A stretch of DNA of 64,000 bases from NCBI GenBank assembly GCA_021823345.1, contig JAKAOF010000003.1, forward strand, positions 23,545 to 87,544. Reading direction: 5' to 3'. Made by a program: the position numbers and the translations under genes. Under the pieces are notes generated by a model that was given only the letters and a program-made list of their open reading frames with translations, searched no databases and was not told the DNA's origin. Positions 62,588 through 64,000 of this stretch are shown here, in pieces. Each line of letters begins with the position of its first letter. Position 1 is the first letter of the stretch. The stretch is from Thermoplasmata archaeon (GTDB taxonomy: Archaea; Thermoplasmatota; Thermoplasmata; Lutacidiplasmatales; UBA184).

Positions 62588-64000
62588 CTACTCGGTCGCG
62601 TCCGGGGACGCACTCGGCGCCGTCGATTCTTGGTTCCCTGAGCGTTCGCCCCCGGCAGGTTCGATGGGTTCCGCCGCGGGCTCGGACGATGGTCCTTCTG
62701 CCGGCGGAACCTCCGTGGTCGCCGGTGCGGGGCCCGAGTCCTCGTTCGAGGGAGGTGGCGAAGTCGCATCCGGGGGAGAGGCTTCCTTCTCGCTGGGCGA
62801 AGGAGCGTCCTTACCCTCCGGTGAATCCGTGGATGGCGCGGGAGGAGGTTCTGGCGCGGAAGGTGCCTCCGCGGGCGCTGGGGTCGTACTTGCCTCCCCC
62901 GAAGGTGGAGGTACGATGGGTTTTCGCGCGGGGGTGGTTTCCGAACGGCGCGCGCTCCGAGCGATGAGGACCACGGCTATCACGACGAGGAGGAGATCGA
63001 CCAGCAGGAGCAGGTAGTCGAGGAACCACGGTTCCTGCCAGAACGCGGGAGAGGGCGGTGGGGCTTGGATGGTCACGTTGAGCGTGGTCGAGACGGTGGT
63101 CCCGTCCGAATCGCTCACATAGACCTGGAGTGCGTACGAGCCGGTCGAGTTGTACTGTTCGGACAGCCGGAAGTCCGGGCCCGACCCATGCAATACCTGG
63201 GTGATCCCGTTGCCGTACGAGATGGCCACGGAGAAGGGCATCACGCCACCCGACAGCATGAGGGTCCACCGGAGCGGTGCAGAGGTAGTCCCGTTCGACG
63301 GTCCGATCAGGACCCGTGCCAGGTATTGGGGATAGCTCACGTAGATCGTCCCATTTTGAACGACCGAGATGCCGAACCCGTTGTTGAGGATCGACACCCC
63401 TCCGGAGCCGGTAGTGATCGGGTTTTCCCGTCCCGGGCACGGCCGGACCCCCAAGGGGTAGTTGCCTGCGAATAGACGAACGGTCGACCCGTTCCCGAAG
63501 AGCGTATTGTTCACGCTGACCTCGGGACACCCCGAAGGGTCGATCTCGACCGAGACCGCAAAGTGCGTGGGGTGGATGGCCGCGAAACGGGCAGTGACGG
63601 TCCCATTCCCCGCCACATCGAGGAGGCTACTAGCGGAAGTGGACGAACTAAGGGACAGTCCGGCCCCCGTAATGTTCCAACCCGTGAAGATCATCCCGGA
63701 ACAGCTCCCGACCGAGACCGGATAGATCCCACCCTGCAAAGTTACGGACGTCCCGTTCGCGAAGTTGACCCCATTGATCTGTACCGGCCCGCACGTGGAG
63801 GGGGTAACGTAGACCTTTACCGTGTACGGGACCGTGGCGTTCTTGGCAAAGGTGGCGTAGAGCGTCCCGTTGCCTCCCAGGGTGAGCGTGGCGGGGGAAG
63901 AGGTGGTGGGAGCGATGGTGACGGCAGAACCTAAGGTGGACCAAGCAGCGAAGTGGTACCCCGCGCACGAGCCGACCTGGGCGGTGTACGTACCATCCGG
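62588..64000 (-). CDS. single-pass membrane glycoprotein with repeated extracellular beta-sandwich units and an acidic Pro/Ser/Thr/Glu-rich cytoplasmic tail (N-terminus beyond window end)
   Basis: The ORF stays open through the window end. My reverse-complement translation of 63740-64000 is in frame (...DGTYTAQVGSCAGYHFAAWS...TLQGGIYPVSVGSCSGMIFTGWN...). TM helix WFLDYLLLLVDLLLVVIAVVLIA. Tail PPPSGEASTTPAPAEAPSAPEPPPAPSTDSPEGKDAPSPSEKE... Confidence 0.55.
   Translation of the reverse strand, partial: PDGTYTAQVGSCAGYHFAAWSTLGSAVTIAPTTSSPATLTLGGNGTLYATFAKNATVPYTVKVYVTPSTCGPVQINGVNFANGTSVTLQGGIYPVSVGSCSGMIFTGWNITGAGLSLSSSTSASSLLDVAGNGTVTARFAAIHPTHFAVSVEIDPSGCPEVSVNNTLFGNGSTVRLFAGNYPLGVRPCPGRENPITTGSGGVSILNNGFGISVVQNGTIYVSYPQYLARVLIGPSNGTTSAPLRWTLMLSGGVMPFSVAISYGNGITQVLHGSGPDFRLSEQYNSTGSYALQVYVSDSDGTTVSTTLNVTIQAPPPSPAFWQEPWFLDYLLLLVDLLLVVIAVVLIARSARRSETTPARKPIVPPPSGEASTTPAPAEAPSAPEPPPAPSTDSPEGKDAPSPSEKEASPPDATSPPPSNEDSGPAPATTEVPPAEGPSSEPAAEPIEPAGGERSGNQESTAPSASPDATE

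Noticed and set aside
1-64000. Mobile elements / integrated elements
   Set aside because: No transposase, integrase, terminal inverted repeats, tRNA-flanked island or compositional break was noticed. GC content appears uniform.

Overview
This 64 kb window is GC-rich (roughly 63-65% by eye) and densely coding, with about 58 protein genes on both strands. The gene content is archaeal: aIF2-beta, Kae1, TiaS, PurP, PCNA, NAC, an L1-L10(P0)-L12 ribosomal cluster, a two-subunit 2-oxoacid:ferredoxin oxidoreductase, an archaeal-type LeuRS, a presenilin homolog and dCTP deaminase. Several large membrane-anchored proteins are packed with NxS/T sequons, and many adjacent genes overlap by ATGA/GTGA, suggesting translational coupling. 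I found no rRNA, no convincing tRNA, no CRISPR array and no transposase or integrase.

The ordinary genes are: a Hef-like helicase; a Wzx-like flippase; a MoxR/DUF58 operon; carbamate kinase; dUTPase; a quinone/isoprenoid cluster (UbiD-UbiA-geranylgeranyl reductase-polyprenyl synthase); QueE; RNase HI; HemD; a TauE/DUF1634 pair; NadC; a PfkB kinase; GcvT; a GNAT acetyltransferase; a KaiC-like ATPase; and a U32 peptidase.

The most unusual locus is a three-gene module at 32.6-37.6 kb. It encodes a tail-anchored protein with a PRC-barrel, coiled coil and zinc ribbon, followed by two ChlI/BchI-like AAA+ paralogs. One paralog has intact Walker motifs and an N-terminal array of eight CxxC zinc-ribbon pairs. 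The other has degenerate Walker motifs and about 300 residues of 11-residue (hendecad) repeats encoded by imperfect 33 bp tandem DNA repeats. No vWA or CobN partner is present.

Other items worth a second look are an ~0.8 kb non-coding-looking gap with stable hairpins (one with a UUCG tetraloop) next to tiaS, a STAND-like ATPase-TPR protein, a protein combining a zinc ribbon, Pro-rich linker and DUF835-like domain, and two very large ecto-glycoproteins. All gene calls rest on motif-level reading of the provided ORF translations. Coordinates derived from my own line counting (hairpins, repeats) may be off by 1-2 nt.
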